A stretch of DNA of 64,000 bases from an uncultured Acidobacteriota bacterium (GTDB lineage Bacteria > Acidobacteriota > Terriglobia > Acidiferrales > UBA7541), in assembly GCA_963788785.1 (NCBI GenBank), contig CAWBIB010000005.1:111893-175892 (forward strand), given 5' to 3'. Made by a program: the position numbers and the translations under genes. Below, piece by piece: positions 29,070-39,931 of the stretch; within the stretch, counting starts at the first letter, position 1, and each line of letters opens with the position of its first letter. The notes under the pieces are model-generated. The model searched no databases and was not told where the DNA came from. It worked only from the letters and a program-made list of their open reading frames with translations.

Positions 29070-29375
29070 GAAGTCCTCCCAATCTCAACCCAACAAATCC
29101 CAAGAAAATCAAAGCTAAGAACACGTAAAACAATAAACTTAAGATCTTCAAACCAATAAGACTCTTGCCGCGCGAGGCCTGAACAGGCTCTCGCACGCGC
29201 TCGCCAAATGCTCACCGCTCCGTTCAGCTTTGATTCGTGAAAAACATGCCCTGCGCCCGCCAGCCGCACGTTTCGGCGCGCTACCCGCTAGTCGCGCCCG
29301 AGACCGGAAACATGCAGTTAAACACTTCTATATAGATGCTTTACGGTACAAAAACGATACTCGCGAAACCCTATT

Positions 29376-29405
29376 ACGCTACACGTTTAAGTCCCATTTA
29401 GTCAA
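29376..29405 (-). promoter_or_regulatory. Candidate rpoD promoter
   Basis: TTGACT-18 nt-TAGCGT on the minus strand, about 300 nt upstream of rpoD. Confidence 0.3.
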
Positions 29406-29768
29406 CGTTTTAATTCGTGGAAATCTGTGGAATTCTCCGCCGCCAGTTGGCCATCTCGCCGCAAACGAACGCCAGCACCCAAAACTGCCCTCGCTGACCT
29501 CTCTTTGCCAACCGCTCACGCCGCCCGCCAGCCGCTTGGCCAAGGATTCAAGTACCGTTTCGTCCCGCAAAAATTCGTCGAATCTGTCTCTATCCCCGGC
29601 ACTTGGCAGGCAGATTCGCTCAGAATTCGTCCGCCCGTCACGCCGATGTGCGATGCCGCGGTTTACACCTTTGACTCTCGCTGGTACTGCACATATCATC
29701 TCCAGTTACGAAGGTTCAATCTCGAGGGTTTCGTCTCCGTTCCCACCTCCGATGCCCTTCTGCCCAGC

Positions 29769-32753
29769 ATGATTGGTCAAACCATTTCGCGCTACCGCAT
29801 CGTCGACAAACTCGGCGGCGGCGGCATGGGCGTAGTCTTCAAGGCCGAAGACACCGAACTCGGCCGCTTCGTAGCCATTAAATTTCTGCCCGACGAGATG
29901 GCACAGGATCCTGCCTCGCTGGAACGCTTCCGGCGCGAAGCGCGCGCGGCCTCGGCGCTCAATCATCCCAACATTTGCACCATCTACGAGATCGGCGAAC
30001 ACGAAGGTAAACGCTTCATCGCCATGGAACACCTCGATGGCGTGACACTGAAATATTTGATCGCCGCCGGCACGTTGGATGTCGAACGCATCGTGGAAAT
30101 TTCGATCGATCTCGCCGACGCTCTCGATGCCGCGCACGCCGAAGGTATCCTGCATCGCGACATCAAGCCCGCGAACATTTTCATCACCAAGCGCGGCCAC
30201 GCCAAAATTCTCGATTTCGGCTTGGCCAAGATGATCAAGCCCACGGCCGCTATGGGTTCTTCGGCTCCGTCCGACGCAACCATGACGATGGGCGTGGACA
30301 CCGACCATCTCACCAGCCCGGGAACCGCCGTCGGCACTGTGGCCTACATGTCGCCAGAGCAGGTGCGCGGCAAAGAGCTCGATACCCGCAGCGATATTTT
30401 TTCGTTCGGCGTGGTCCTCTATGAGATGGCCACCGGCGTACTTCCGTTCCGCGGAGACACCACCGGAGTAATTTTTGCGGAAATTCTAAACAAAGCTCCC
30501 CAATCGCCGTTTCGCTATAACCCGGAATTGCCGGACGCTCTAGGCAACATCATCAGCCGCGCGCTCGAAAAGGACCGCGACCTGCGCTACCAGCACGCTT
30601 CGGAATTGCGTTCGGAATTGAAGCGCATGCAACGCAGTTCCTCCGGCCAGACTTCCACGTTCACTGACCTGCCGGAAGGACCGGAACCTCCCGATCCTCG
30701 GCTGTCGACTAAGACCGCAGTGCGGCGTTCTTCTTCGAAAGTCCAACGCGCGGCAAGTTCTTCCGCAAAAACAGTAGCCCAGGTGGAGGAGATCGAAGAA
30801 GAACCAGCCGTTGAAGAACGGCCCAAGTTCCCGTGGAAAATTCTGGGCGCGGCATTAGCCGCCCTCACGCTGGTGATCGGTGTGGGAATCTGGTTTTTCT
30901 TTAAACCGTCCACTCCCAAAGGCTCGAAGACTCGCGAGACGGTAGTTATTGCGGACTTTTCTAACTCGACGCAGGACACCGTTTTCGACGACACCCTGAA
31001 GCAGGCTCTGACCATTCAATTGGGCCAGTCGCCATTCCTCAACGTGCTTTCCGATTCCAAGGTGACGGCCACCTTGAAAATGATGAACAAGCCGGCGACC
31101 GAGATGCTGACCCAAGATGTGGCTCGCGAGGTATGCGTTCGCAGCGACGGTAACGCGGTGCTGGCGGGTTCGATCGTTAGCGTAGGAAACCGCTACCTGA
31201 TCGGTCTTAAGGCCGTCGACTGCCAAACCGGAGATGTGCTGGCCACCGCGAATGCTGAAGCGGAAAACCGCGATCGGGTCTTGAAAGCGCTGAGCACGGC
31301 AGGTAATGACCTCCGTCAGAAATTGGGCGAATCGTTGGATTCGGTGGAGAAGTTCAACAAGCCGTTGGATCAGGCGACGACCTCCTCTTTGGAAGCGCTA
31401 AAGGCCTTCAGTGATGGCCGGCGTACTTCGCGGGAAAAGGGCGAATCCGCCGCGCTACCGCTATACAAACGAGCCTTGGACCTGGACCCCAACTTTGCGC
31501 AGGCTTACGCTTCGATGGGTTCGGTCTATCGCAACTTAGGTCAGACCAGCCTGGCAACCTCTAACTTCAAGAAGGCCTACGAGTTGCGGGACCGCGTGAG
31601 TGAACGAGAACGGCTCGATTTCGAGACCCGCTACTACAGCTACGTCACCGGAGAAATTGAGAAGGCCGACCACAGCTATTCACAATGGATGCTGGACTTT
31701 CCCGGCGACTATATTCCGCACGGCAACCTCGGCGTGAACTACATCGCCTTGGGCCAGTATGAAAAAGCTGTGGAAGAAATGCGTGCGGCGATCAAGATCC
31801 GTCCGAACAATGCTCCGGCGTACGCCAATCTAATCGGGGCGTATTGCTCGCTGTACCGGTTGGAGGATGCCAAGTCCGCTTGGGAGCAATCCCAGAGCCT
31901 GAAACTGGATGGGGCCGTGCTTCGCTTGGCACGCTATACCCTGGCGTTTCTGCAACATGACAATACCGCGATGAAGGAACAGATCGACTGGGGCGCCGGG
32001 AAGCCAGGTGTCGAAGACATGCTCCTTTCGGCGCAATCAGACACCGAGGCATACGGTGGGCACCTGGCTGCGGCTAATGAACTCTCGCGGCGTGCCCTGG
32101 ACTCTGCCAAACGCGCCGACGCCGCGGAAACTGGCGCCGGTTGGCTAGCCAATGAAGCCTTACGCGACGCTGAATTCGGCGATCTGGCAGAAGCGCGAAA
32201 GGCCGCAACGGACGCCCTGGCAATCACCGATGGCCACGACGTTGAGATCATGACGGCGCTCGCACTGGCCCGCGCCGGGGACGCGGCCAAGGCCCAGCAG
32301 CTGGCGGATAAGCTGGACCGCGAGTCCCCACTGGACACCATGCTCCAGGGATACTGGCTGCCGACCATCCGGGGAGCTATCTCCCTCAATAAAGGCGACG
32401 CCAAGAAGGCCGTGGAATTCCTGCAAGCCGCGTCTCCTTATGAGCTTGGGCAGCCGCTGCAGTTCCAGATGGCCACTATGTATCCTATTTATGTCAGGGG
32501 GTTGGCCTTCTTAAAGGAGAACCTGGCGTCGCAGGCCGCGGTGGAGTTTCAGAAGATCGTTGACCACCCGGGTCTGACGGTGAACTTTCCTTTGGGTGCC
32601 CTGGCACGGTTGGAGCTGGGTCGGGCCCGGGCGATGAGCGGCGATAAAGGGGCCGCGAAACAGGCCTATGACAAGTTCTTTGACTTGTGGAAGGATGCCG
32701 ACCCCGGGGTGCCGATACTGAAAGAGGCCAAGGCGGAATACGCGAAGCTGTGA
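29769..32753 (+). CDS. Hanks-type Ser/Thr protein kinase with TM, periplasmic alpha/beta domain and TPR repeats
   Basis: [34 protein letters not shown] intact; TM near [10 protein letters not shown]; TPR-rich C-terminus; start set at MIGQTISRY. Confidence 0.92.
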   Translation: MIGQTISRYRIVDKLGGGGMGVVFKAEDTELGRFVAIKFLPDEMAQDPASLERFRREARAASALNHPNICTIYEIGEHEGKRFIAMEHLDGVTLKYLIAAGTLDVERIVEISIDLADALDAAHAEGILHRDIKPANIFITKRGHAKILDFGLAKMIKPTAAMGSSAPSDATMTMGVDTDHLTSPGTAVGTVAYMSPEQVRGKELDTRSDIFSFGVVLYEMATGVLPFRGDTTGVIFAEILNKAPQSPFRYNPELPDALGNIISRALEKDRDLRYQHASELRSELKRMQRSSSGQTSTFTDLPEGPEPPDPRLSTKTAVRRSSSKVQRAASSSAKTVAQVEEIEEEPAVEERPKFPWKILGAALAALTLVIGVGIWFFFKPSTPKGSKTRETVVIADFSNSTQDTVFDDTLKQALTIQLGQSPFLNVLSDSKVTATLKMMNKPATEMLTQDVAREVCVRSDGNAVLAGSIVSVGNRYLIGLKAVDCQTGDVLATANAEAENRDRVLKALSTAGNDLRQKLGESLDSVEKFNKPLDQATTSSLEALKAFSDGRRTSREKGESAALPLYKRALDLDPNFAQAYASMGSVYRNLGQTSLATSNFKKAYELRDRVSERERLDFETRYYSYVTGEIEKADHSYSQWMLDFPGDYIPHGNLGVNYIALGQYEKAVEEMRAAIKIRPNNAPAYANLIGAYCSLYRLEDAKSAWEQSQSLKLDGAVLRLARYTLAFLQHDNTAMKEQIDWGAGKPGVEDMLLSAQSDTEAYGGHLAAANELSRRALDSAKRADAAETGAGWLANEALRDAEFGDLAEARKAATDALAITDGHDVEIMTALALARAGDAAKAQQLADKLDRESPLDTMLQGYWLPTIRGAISLNKGDAKKAVEFLQAASPYELGQPLQFQMATMYPIYVRGLAFLKENLASQAAVEFQKIVDHPGLTVNFPLGALARLELGRARAMSGDKGAAKQAYDKFFDLWKDADPGVPILKEAKAEYAKL

Positions 32754-32894
32754 AGGCGCGCGTTGGGAACTCTGCAGCGATCCCCAATTATTGCGGAAAT
32801 CGCGGGACGAAGGTCCAATGTCGTACTCATTATCGGGTCGCGACACCGAGTACTATTACTTTAAAAATGTAACCCTTGGTACCCCCTTTTCCCG

Positions 32895-32922
32895 TTGACA
32901 CCCATCGGGGCTCGTATACCCT
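32895..32922 (+). promoter_or_regulatory. Candidate sigma70 promoter of the PEP-CTERM gene
   Basis: TTGACA-16 nt-TACCCT. Confidence 0.35.
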
Positions 32923-32962
32923 ATTGGCAGTAAGAAATCCGTGGAGAAAGAAACAACAAATT

Positions 32963-33529
32963 ATGAAATTCCTTCGACCAGCCCTGATCGTAGCTCTCCT
33001 GAGCGTTGTCTCAGCGGGCGCTGCGCTAGCCGATGATATTCACGTGATTTTCGATCCCGGAGGACCAGGGACCACGAACTTCATTCAGAATCCAGGCGAG
33101 ACTTACAATGTTGCGTGGGAGAGCTGCACCTCCAACGGGATTCCGCAGGGATTCGCGGGGGATACTGCCTGCATCGCCTTCACTAACGAGACCGGTGCAC
33201 CCATTTCGTATTTGAACTTTACATTCACGGTGAACCAGGCTCTCGTCGGCCAAACGATTATGTGCGACAACCTCCCGGGCGATCCGCACTTGTCCGCGAA
33301 CGACTGCAATCCGAACTCGGACCCATTCGTGCTGGGGCAAGTCGTAAGCGTCAACTTTTTTGGCGGATCTCCGATTGCGGACAACTCTGCGTTTTTCATC
33401 GCGGAGAATGGCGTAGCACTAGCGGACGTGCCGGATTTTGGGGTTACCGCTCCTGAACCAACGTCGCTTTCGCTGCTGGCAGCCGGCATGGGGTTGATTG
33501 GGCTGTGCATGGTCTTCGCGAAGCGCTAA
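32963..33529 (+). CDS. PEP-CTERM sorting-domain protein
   Basis: Signal peptide MKFLRPAL...ALA; C-terminal APEPTSLSLLAAGMGLIGLCMVFAKR. Confidence 0.85.
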   Translation: MKFLRPALIVALLSVVSAGAALADDIHVIFDPGGPGTTNFIQNPGETYNVAWESCTSNGIPQGFAGDTACIAFTNETGAPISYLNFTFTVNQALVGQTIMCDNLPGDPHLSANDCNPNSDPFVLGQVVSVNFFGGSPIADNSAFFIAENGVALADVPDFGVTAPEPTSLSLLAAGMGLIGLCMVFAKR

Positions 33530-33557
33530 ACAGCTTCCGCGAAAACTGAATTTTTCC

Positions 33558-33588
33558 AAGCTCGCCACCTTCGGGTGGCGAGCTTTTT
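33558..33588. terminator. Terminator between convergent PEP-CTERM gene and dnaG
   Basis: AAGCTCGCCACC-TTCG-GGTGGCGAGCTT-TTT. Confidence 0.88.
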
Positions 33589-33616
33589 ATTGGGGAAGCC
33601 AATAAATTTGAATTCG

Positions 33617-35380
33617 CTAGTGGGCGGCCAGCTTGCGCATCAGTTCCTGCTTGCGCTCCAGCAGGGCGCGGAGATTTGCGCCGGATGGCTGGGATTCGAT
33701 GTCGCGCTGGACTTGGGCTACGGCGCGTTCGGTTTGTTTGCGCTGCAATTCCGAAAGGCAGCTTTCCGCTTCTTCCCAGGTTGCCGATTCCTCTTCTTCG
33801 AAAAGGACTTCAAATAGCAGGCTGCGGTCGCGATCGTCCAGCGCTCCGGCCACTTCTTTGGTATCGATGGGCACTTCCGCAAGGTTGCCCGCAATCAAAG
33901 CGGCGATGATTCGTTCGGCTTCCATTCCTTCGTAGAGGCGTTCTTGCTGCAGGCGGCGCGCCAGCTCTACTTTGAAATCCTCGGAATCGGCGAGCATGCG
34001 GATCAGCCGGCGCTCTACCGGTTTGGTGACGCGGCCGAGCAGTTCCGGATGGGCTTTCACTTGGCTGTGCCGTTCGGTGGCAGCTTTGCTCAGGGCTGCG
34101 CGCAAGACGGGTTCATCGAGACGCAATTGCTGGGCGATGCGGGTGGCCCATTCGGAACGGAGCAGGCGATTTGGAATTTTTTGTACGTAAGGAAGCAGAA
34201 AATTTACGGCGCGAAGTTTTCCTTCGCCGGTGGTGAGATCCATCTGGCGCGCGCGGGCGATTAAATAATCGACGTAGGGCGGCGACTCTTTGAGCACTTT
34301 GCGGTAGGCTTCGGCGCCTTTTTCGCGGATGAATAAATCCGGGTCGGCTTTCTTGTCGCCCACCGGGGGCAGCGCGAGAACGCGAACTTCGAAATCCTGT
34401 TCGAGTAATAGCGCTACGGAACGCTCGGTCGCGGCTTGCCCGGCGCTGTCTGGATCGTAATTTACGATTACGCGTTTGGTGAAGCGCGCCAACAATTTTA
34501 TTTGGGGCTCGGCGAGGCTGGTGCCGCAACTGGCGACTACGTTGCTGATTCCCGCGCGGGCTACGGCGATAGCGTCCATATACCCTTCGACCAAAATCGC
34601 AAAGTCCTGGCGGCGCAACGCGTCTTTGGCGCGATCCAGGTGATAGAGGACATTGCTTTTTGAATAGATCGGCGTCTCTGGCGAGTTTAGATATTTGGGC
34701 TGATCGTCGCCGAGGGCGCGGCAGCCGAAGGCCACGATTTTTCCGCCTTCATTAGCGATCGGGAAAGTGATGCGGCGGCGGAAGCGGTCGAAAAAACGGC
34801 CGCTTTGGTCGCGAGAGATTAATCCGGAAGCGACCAGGAGTTTTTCGTCTTTATATTTCGGTCTCAGCAGGCGCACCAGTGCATCGCCGCCGCTCGGCGC
34901 GTAGCCAATCCCAAATTGTTCGATGACTTGCGGCGTCAGGCCGCGGTCTTCGAGATACGCCCGCGCGACGCGGCCTTCTGGAGTACCTTCCAGTTGCTTG
35001 GTGAAATAAGCCTGGGCGGCGCGATGCATTTCCAGAATTAAGGTGCGCTGCTGATTCTCGCGGCGTTCTTCGGGAGAGCGGTCGCGTGGAGCGGGAACGG
35101 CGATGCCACACTTTTCCGCGACGATACGGATGGCTTCGGGAAAGGCGCACTTTTCCATCTCCATTACAAATTTGAAGACGTCGCCGCCGACCTGGCAGCC
35201 AAAACAGTGATAAATCTGTTTGGTGGGATGGACCGCAAAGGACGGAGATTTTTCCGCGTGAAAGGGACAGAGTCCGGTGAAGTTCTGGCCGCTTTTTTTC
35301 AGGCGCACGTATTCGCCGACCACGCGAACGATGTCCGCCTGCTGCTTTACGCGATCCGCGAATGATCCGGCTTCAGCCAT
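33617..35380 (-). CDS. dnaG: DNA primase
   Basis: CPFHAEKSPSF..CFGC zinc finger, PKYLNSPET, TOPRIM VEGYMD, YDPDSAG. Confidence 0.97.
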   Translation of the reverse strand: MAEAGSFADRVKQQADIVRVVGEYVRLKKSGQNFTGLCPFHAEKSPSFAVHPTKQIYHCFGCQVGGDVFKFVMEMEKCAFPEAIRIVAEKCGIAVPAPRDRSPEERRENQQRTLILEMHRAAQAYFTKQLEGTPEGRVARAYLEDRGLTPQVIEQFGIGYAPSGGDALVRLLRPKYKDEKLLVASGLISRDQSGRFFDRFRRRITFPIANEGGKIVAFGCRALGDDQPKYLNSPETPIYSKSNVLYHLDRAKDALRRQDFAILVEGYMDAIAVARAGISNVVASCGTSLAEPQIKLLARFTKRVIVNYDPDSAGQAATERSVALLLEQDFEVRVLALPPVGDKKADPDLFIREKGAEAYRKVLKESPPYVDYLIARARQMDLTTGEGKLRAVNFLLPYVQKIPNRLLRSEWATRIAQQLRLDEPVLRAALSKAATERHSQVKAHPELLGRVTKPVERRLIRMLADSEDFKVELARRLQQERLYEGMEAERIIAALIAGNLAEVPIDTKEVAGALDDRDRSLLFEVLFEEEESATWEEAESCLSELQRKQTERAVAQVQRDIESQPSGANLRALLERKQELMRKLAAH

Positions 35381-35397
35381 GGTTTAGAACAGAGACA

Positions 35398-35622
35398 CTA
35401 GCTAGTAATTGCAAGCCACCAAAGTTTTTTCCAGACCGATTGCCAAAGCTGCTCATTCCAATCTGTCTTTTCAAGCTGCTTCAGGAAATCCAAAAAGCAG
35501 GCATATAGCGACTGCGCAAATTGATCGCGATTGACACAGCTCCCCCATGAAAATTCCTGGTAATAGTCTCCCGACATTTTGATGAAACATGGAGTCTCTC
35601 CGATCTGACTCAAAATGAGCAT
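35398..35622 (-). CDS. Small AT-rich hypothetical ORF (possible gene fragment)
   Basis: 74 aa, Trp/aromatic rich, fills the mutS2-dnaG gap in the same orientation. Confidence 0.35.
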   Translation of the reverse strand: MLILSQIGETPCFIKMSGDYYQEFSWGSCVNRDQFAQSLYACFLDFLKQLEKTDWNEQLWQSVWKKLWWLAITS

Positions 35623-35644
35623 GGCGTTGCTTCAGCCGGAATCT

Positions 35645-38059
35645 CTATCGGCGTAAGTCGACAATGGTGATGGCGCGGCCGCCGTGTTCTTCCGATTCAA
35701 ACGAGGAACTTTCGACCAGGGGATGTCCGCGTAAGAATTCCGCTATGCCTTTGCGCAGGGCGCCGGTGCCGTGACCGTGAATTATGCGCACGCGAGTCTG
35801 GTTGGCGAGCGCGGCTTCATCCAAATATTTGTCGAGGCGCTCGGTGGCTTCTTCGACGCGCATGCCGATCACGTTTAGTTCGCCAGTGGCGGGGACGTCG
35901 TCGGACGACTTCTTGACACTGACATTTTGCAACCTGTTGGGGACCACGCCGGGCCCTTGGCCAGGAGCGCCAGCTTCTATACTAACAATTTCGTCGACTC
36001 CGATTTTCATGCGCAGCGGGCCAGCCTCAATTTCCGCGGTGGAACCTTCGACGCGGCGCAACACCACGGGCTTGCTGAAGCCGCGCACATTTATGCGCAC
36101 GCCGGGCAAGAGGCGATCTGCAGCTATGGCTTGTGGATTGGCTGGAGCGCCGCCAAGATCGGCCTGCGATTCGGAAATCGTTTGCACCACGGCGGCGTTC
36201 AGTTCGTCGCGGGCGTCGCTGCGCACTTCCTGCACTCTGCGGCGGGTGCTTTTTTCGAGCGAAGCGCGGAGTTCCCGCTCTTTCACGGCTTCGACCACGC
36301 GGGCGACGTTTTCGTCGAAGCGTTTTTGCATCTCCGCGAACTTGGTTTCAAAATCTTTGATGCGGCGCTGTTGACGCTCGGTCCATTCGGCGCGGAGTTT
36401 GGTGCGCTCTTCTTCCAGTTCGCGGCGCTCCTGGGCCATTTGATGCTGCATGCGATCGAGTTCGTCGCGGCTGCGGTGTAAGTAGGCGATTAGATCGGCG
36501 GCTTCGCGCGATTCGGGAGCCAGCAACGAGCGGGCGCGTTCGATCACGGAAGTAGCAATTCCCAGACGTTGCGCGATAGCGATGCCGCTGGAGCCGCCGG
36601 GGACCCCGACCATCAGACGATAGGTGGGGCGGAGATTTACGTCATCGAACTCGACAGCAGCGTTGACCACTCCCGGAGTTGTGGAGGCGTAGGCTTTGAG
36701 GCGGTCGTGATGCGTGGTGGCCAGCACGATACAATTTTTTTCGCGGAAATCATCGAGCAGCGCGACCGCTAACGCCGCGCCTTCTTCTGGAGCGGTGCCC
36801 GTGCCCATTTCATCGACTAGCGCCAACGAGTGCTCCGTAGCTGTGGCGAGAATCGATTTGAGATTGAGCATGTGCGACGAGAAAGTGGACAGGTCGGCAG
36901 CGATGGATTGTTCGTCGCCGATATCGACCAACACGTGATCAAAGAGCGGTAGCACGGCACGGTCCGCCGCGATGGGAATGGCAGTCTGCGCGGAAAGTGC
37001 GGCCAGGCCGGTGGTTTTGAGCGCTACGGTTTTGCCGCCGGTGTTGGGGCCGCTGATTACCAGGACGCGCTCCTGGCCGCCGAGGGCAAGAGTCATGGGG
37101 ATGATTTCGCGATTTTCGCGGCGGAGCTTATCTTCCAGGACCGGGTGGCGAGCGCGCTCCAGGCGCAATTCGGCGACGGCGGAAAATTCCGGGATGCAAG
37201 CATCAAAATCGCGCGCAAAACGGGCGCGGGCGAAAATTCCGTCCAGATGCGCGATAGTTCCCGCGGCGATTTGCAACGGCTCGCGAACCCGCTGCAGGCG
37301 TCCGGTCAGGTCTCGCAAGATGCGCAGAATTTCTACGGCTTCATCTTCAGCCAGCTGCACCAGTTGATTATTGGTTTCGAGAGTCTCCAGCGGCTCGAGA
37401 AATACGGTTTGTCCGGTGGCGCTGGCGCCATGCACCACTCCGGGAACGCTGCGGCGATTTTCGGCGCGCACGGGAATCACAAAGCGATCGTTGCGGAGGG
37501 TGACATAGTCTTCGCCAGCTTCAGCGTTGCGCGAACGCAGAATCTGCTTCAATGTTTTTTGGATGGAGTCGCGCGTCTGGGTGATGCTGATGCGGATGCG
37601 CCGAAGAGTTGCGGAAGCATCGTCGCTAATTTCTCCGCCGGGTAAGATGCAACGCCGAATCGCGGCGAGCAGTTCGCGAAAATCGCTCACGGCCCCGGCG
37701 TTCGCCGCCAGCAGCGGAAATTTGTCGGCTTCTTCGCGGAATTGCAGGCGGAGCCAGGCAGCGGTTTCGAGCAGCGTGGCAGCGTCCAGCAACTCTCTGG
37801 CCTCCAGAACAATTCCCAGGCCTTCGAGTTTATGGAGCCACTCTTCAGGATCGGCCAGAGCGCCGAAGCCCAAATCGCGAGCTGCGCGCAGCCATTCGCG
37901 GGCCTCGCGAATCAATGCGAACTCCGCCTCCAGTGCGGCGCGATCCTGGGTAAACAGCAGGGCGTCAACAGCGCGGCGTCCGGGAACACTCGTGGTGCGC
38001 AACCGCAGCAACTCGCGGAGCTTGTCGAATTCGAGTACATCTTCTGCAGTGCGCGACAT
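35645..38059 (-). CDS. mutS2: MutS2 family ATPase/endonuclease
   Basis: GPNTGGKT, STFSSHM, DEMGTGTAP.EG, TTHH, C-terminal Smr IIHGHGTGALR. Confidence 0.96.
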   Translation of the reverse strand: MSRTAEDVLEFDKLRELLRLRTTSVPGRRAVDALLFTQDRAALEAEFALIREAREWLRAARDLGFGALADPEEWLHKLEGLGIVLEARELLDAATLLETAAWLRLQFREEADKFPLLAANAGAVSDFRELLAAIRRCILPGGEISDDASATLRRIRISITQTRDSIQKTLKQILRSRNAEAGEDYVTLRNDRFVIPVRAENRRSVPGVVHGASATGQTVFLEPLETLETNNQLVQLAEDEAVEILRILRDLTGRLQRVREPLQIAAGTIAHLDGIFARARFARDFDACIPEFSAVAELRLERARHPVLEDKLRRENREIIPMTLALGGQERVLVISGPNTGGKTVALKTTGLAALSAQTAIPIAADRAVLPLFDHVLVDIGDEQSIAADLSTFSSHMLNLKSILATATEHSLALVDEMGTGTAPEEGAALAVALLDDFREKNCIVLATTHHDRLKAYASTTPGVVNAAVEFDDVNLRPTYRLMVGVPGGSSGIAIAQRLGIATSVIERARSLLAPESREAADLIAYLHRSRDELDRMQHQMAQERRELEEERTKLRAEWTERQQRRIKDFETKFAEMQKRFDENVARVVEAVKERELRASLEKSTRRRVQEVRSDARDELNAAVVQTISESQADLGGAPANPQAIAADRLLPGVRINVRGFSKPVVLRRVEGSTAEIEAGPLRMKIGVDEIVSIEAGAPGQGPGVVPNRLQNVSVKKSSDDVPATGELNVIGMRVEEATERLDKYLDEAALANQTRVRIIHGHGTGALRKGIAEFLRGHPLVESSSFESEEHGGRAITIVDLRR

Positions 38060-38091
38060 TTTTTAGGCCGCTTACAACTTTCCTTAAACTT

Positions 38092-39750
38092 TCAATGCTG
38101 CACGGGATGTTTTGCCGATTTGGCAGCCGGCGCGGCGGCTGCCCATTCTTCGACCATGGCCACGCACAGCCCGTCCAGTACGTCGGTGGCTTCGTGATTT
38201 TTTCCGGCCTGATTATTTCCGAGAAAGGAAAAAATCAGCCGGCGGCCACTGGCAGTTTCAGCGTATCCGGAGCGCGTGCGTACGTGTTCCAGCGAACCGG
38301 ACTTGGCATGAATTCTTCCGGTCGCTGCGGTATTTTTCATGCGGTCTTCTAGCGTGCCATCGACGCCAGCGATCGGCAGCGATGCATAGTAGGCATCGAA
38401 CCACGGTTGTTTTTGTGCGTAGCGCAACACGGCCACGAGCGCGCGGGGGGTAACCAGGTCGTGGCGGGATAAACCGGAGCCATCGGTTTGGAGTACGTCA
38501 CCATCGATAATTCCGGCCTGGGCGTAAAAACTTGCCGGAAATTTTGCCATATCTTCCGGAGTGGCCCAGAGCCCGTTCTGGCGCGCTGCGGTACGCAAAT
38601 ACATTTCGGTGTGCAGATTCTGACTAATCTTGTTGACCAGTTTCACGGAGTCGCCGAGGCGAACGGACTGATGTTCAGCGAGAATCGTGGACGGCCCAGG
38701 GAAGTCGACACTTTCGTGCGTGGCGCGGGCTACGCCGCCAACAGCTACACCGCGCTGTTCCAAGAGATTTTTCAACTGGGCTGCAGCATGCATTGCGGGT
38801 TCCTCAACGGCCAACACCAGAGTTCGCGGCGCATGATGCGCCGGAAGAGTTCCGGACACCAAGACGAAGTGCGAGCCTGGTTCGCGATTCAAGCGCAGAT
38901 CCGCTTTAGCATCGGCGGCCGAAGTAGTTATGCGATTCTCGATCACAAAATCGGGAGTCGCAGGCCAAACATTCGCTTGCACTGCTTCGCCGGCATTCGA
39001 ACCCGGCGTTAGAGTGAGCTTCACAGTGTTGTCGTTGGTGACGATGGCGGAGATGGCCGCGCCAAATTCCCAAACCATGTCGTCAATTTCCCAACCGCTG
39101 GGATAGCGGTCCGGGGGAAAATAGCTGTCGTCGCCGACGATATCGCCGGAGATTGCTTTCACTCCATGCGCGACGATGGCATCGGCCATTTCTGCCAACA
39201 CGCGATCCGGTGGCCCATCGAATTCTTCTTTCCCGTTGAAAGGGAATTTGCGGTTCGAAAGATTCGGGTCGCCACGTCCCACGAGGACCACGTCGCCGGA
39301 TAACATGCCGTCGGAAGAGATGACGCCGCGGGTCTCCACGGTGGTACGAAACCGGTACTCGGGACCCAAAGTCGTCAAGGCCAGCGCGCTCGTCAACAAC
39401 TTCATATTGGATGCCGGAACAAAATATTTGTCGGCATTGCGCTGATAGAGGATGTCTCCGCTTTTAGCGTCGACTACCAGCGCTCCCCATTCGCCCTGCC
39501 CCGCCAAACCACTATCGAGCAAGCGATCCGCGCGTTCCGCGAAGCGTTTTTCGGCAACGGTTACGTTTTCCGACTGCTTCGCCGCCTCGTTTCTTTCTCG
39601 GGAATGTGGCGTTCCAGAAACGCTACGCGTTTCGCTCTGTGCAAGCGTGGAGTCTGGCGAAAAGCCGCCGAAGATCAATACCGCCGCTAGACTGGCGCAT
39701 ACTGCGTTTACCCGATTCACGAGGCTGGCGCTCCTGGCTAAACTTTCCAC
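38092..39750 (-). CDS. dacB: D-alanyl-D-alanine carboxypeptidase/endopeptidase (PBP4)
   Basis: PASNMKL (SxxK), SQN, AKSG, DGSGLSR. Confidence 0.93.
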   Translation of the reverse strand: MESLARSASLVNRVNAVCASLAAVLIFGGFSPDSTLAQSETRSVSGTPHSRERNEAAKQSENVTVAEKRFAERADRLLDSGLAGQGEWGALVVDAKSGDILYQRNADKYFVPASNMKLLTSALALTTLGPEYRFRTTVETRGVISSDGMLSGDVVLVGRGDPNLSNRKFPFNGKEEFDGPPDRVLAEMADAIVAHGVKAISGDIVGDDSYFPPDRYPSGWEIDDMVWEFGAAISAIVTNDNTVKLTLTPGSNAGEAVQANVWPATPDFVIENRITTSAADAKADLRLNREPGSHFVLVSGTLPAHHAPRTLVLAVEEPAMHAAAQLKNLLEQRGVAVGGVARATHESVDFPGPSTILAEHQSVRLGDSVKLVNKISQNLHTEMYLRTAARQNGLWATPEDMAKFPASFYAQAGIIDGDVLQTDGSGLSRHDLVTPRALVAVLRYAQKQPWFDAYYASLPIAGVDGTLEDRMKNTAATGRIHAKSGSLEHVRTRSGYAETASGRRLIFSFLGNNQAGKNHEATDVLDGLCVAMVEEWAAAAPAAKSAKHPVQH

Positions 39751-39931
39751 TGTGAAAGTATAGTCGAAGAGCGAACCACGGTTCGATCTCGCCTGATAGT
39801 TTTCGCGGCGCTTCAGCTCACAAGAAGCAGGCGTTCGCGGACAGACAGCTCACAAAACAACGCAGTGAAAACGTGTCACGCGTATTTCGGCGCACGTTAG
39901 GCCCAAATTTTCAAACAGGAGATTATCGATC

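Noticed and set aside
29427-29768. 114-aa N-terminal extension of the kinase in the ORF track
   Set aside because: Low-complexity and non-conserved-looking; MIGQTISRY at 29769 is a typical start for this kinase type.
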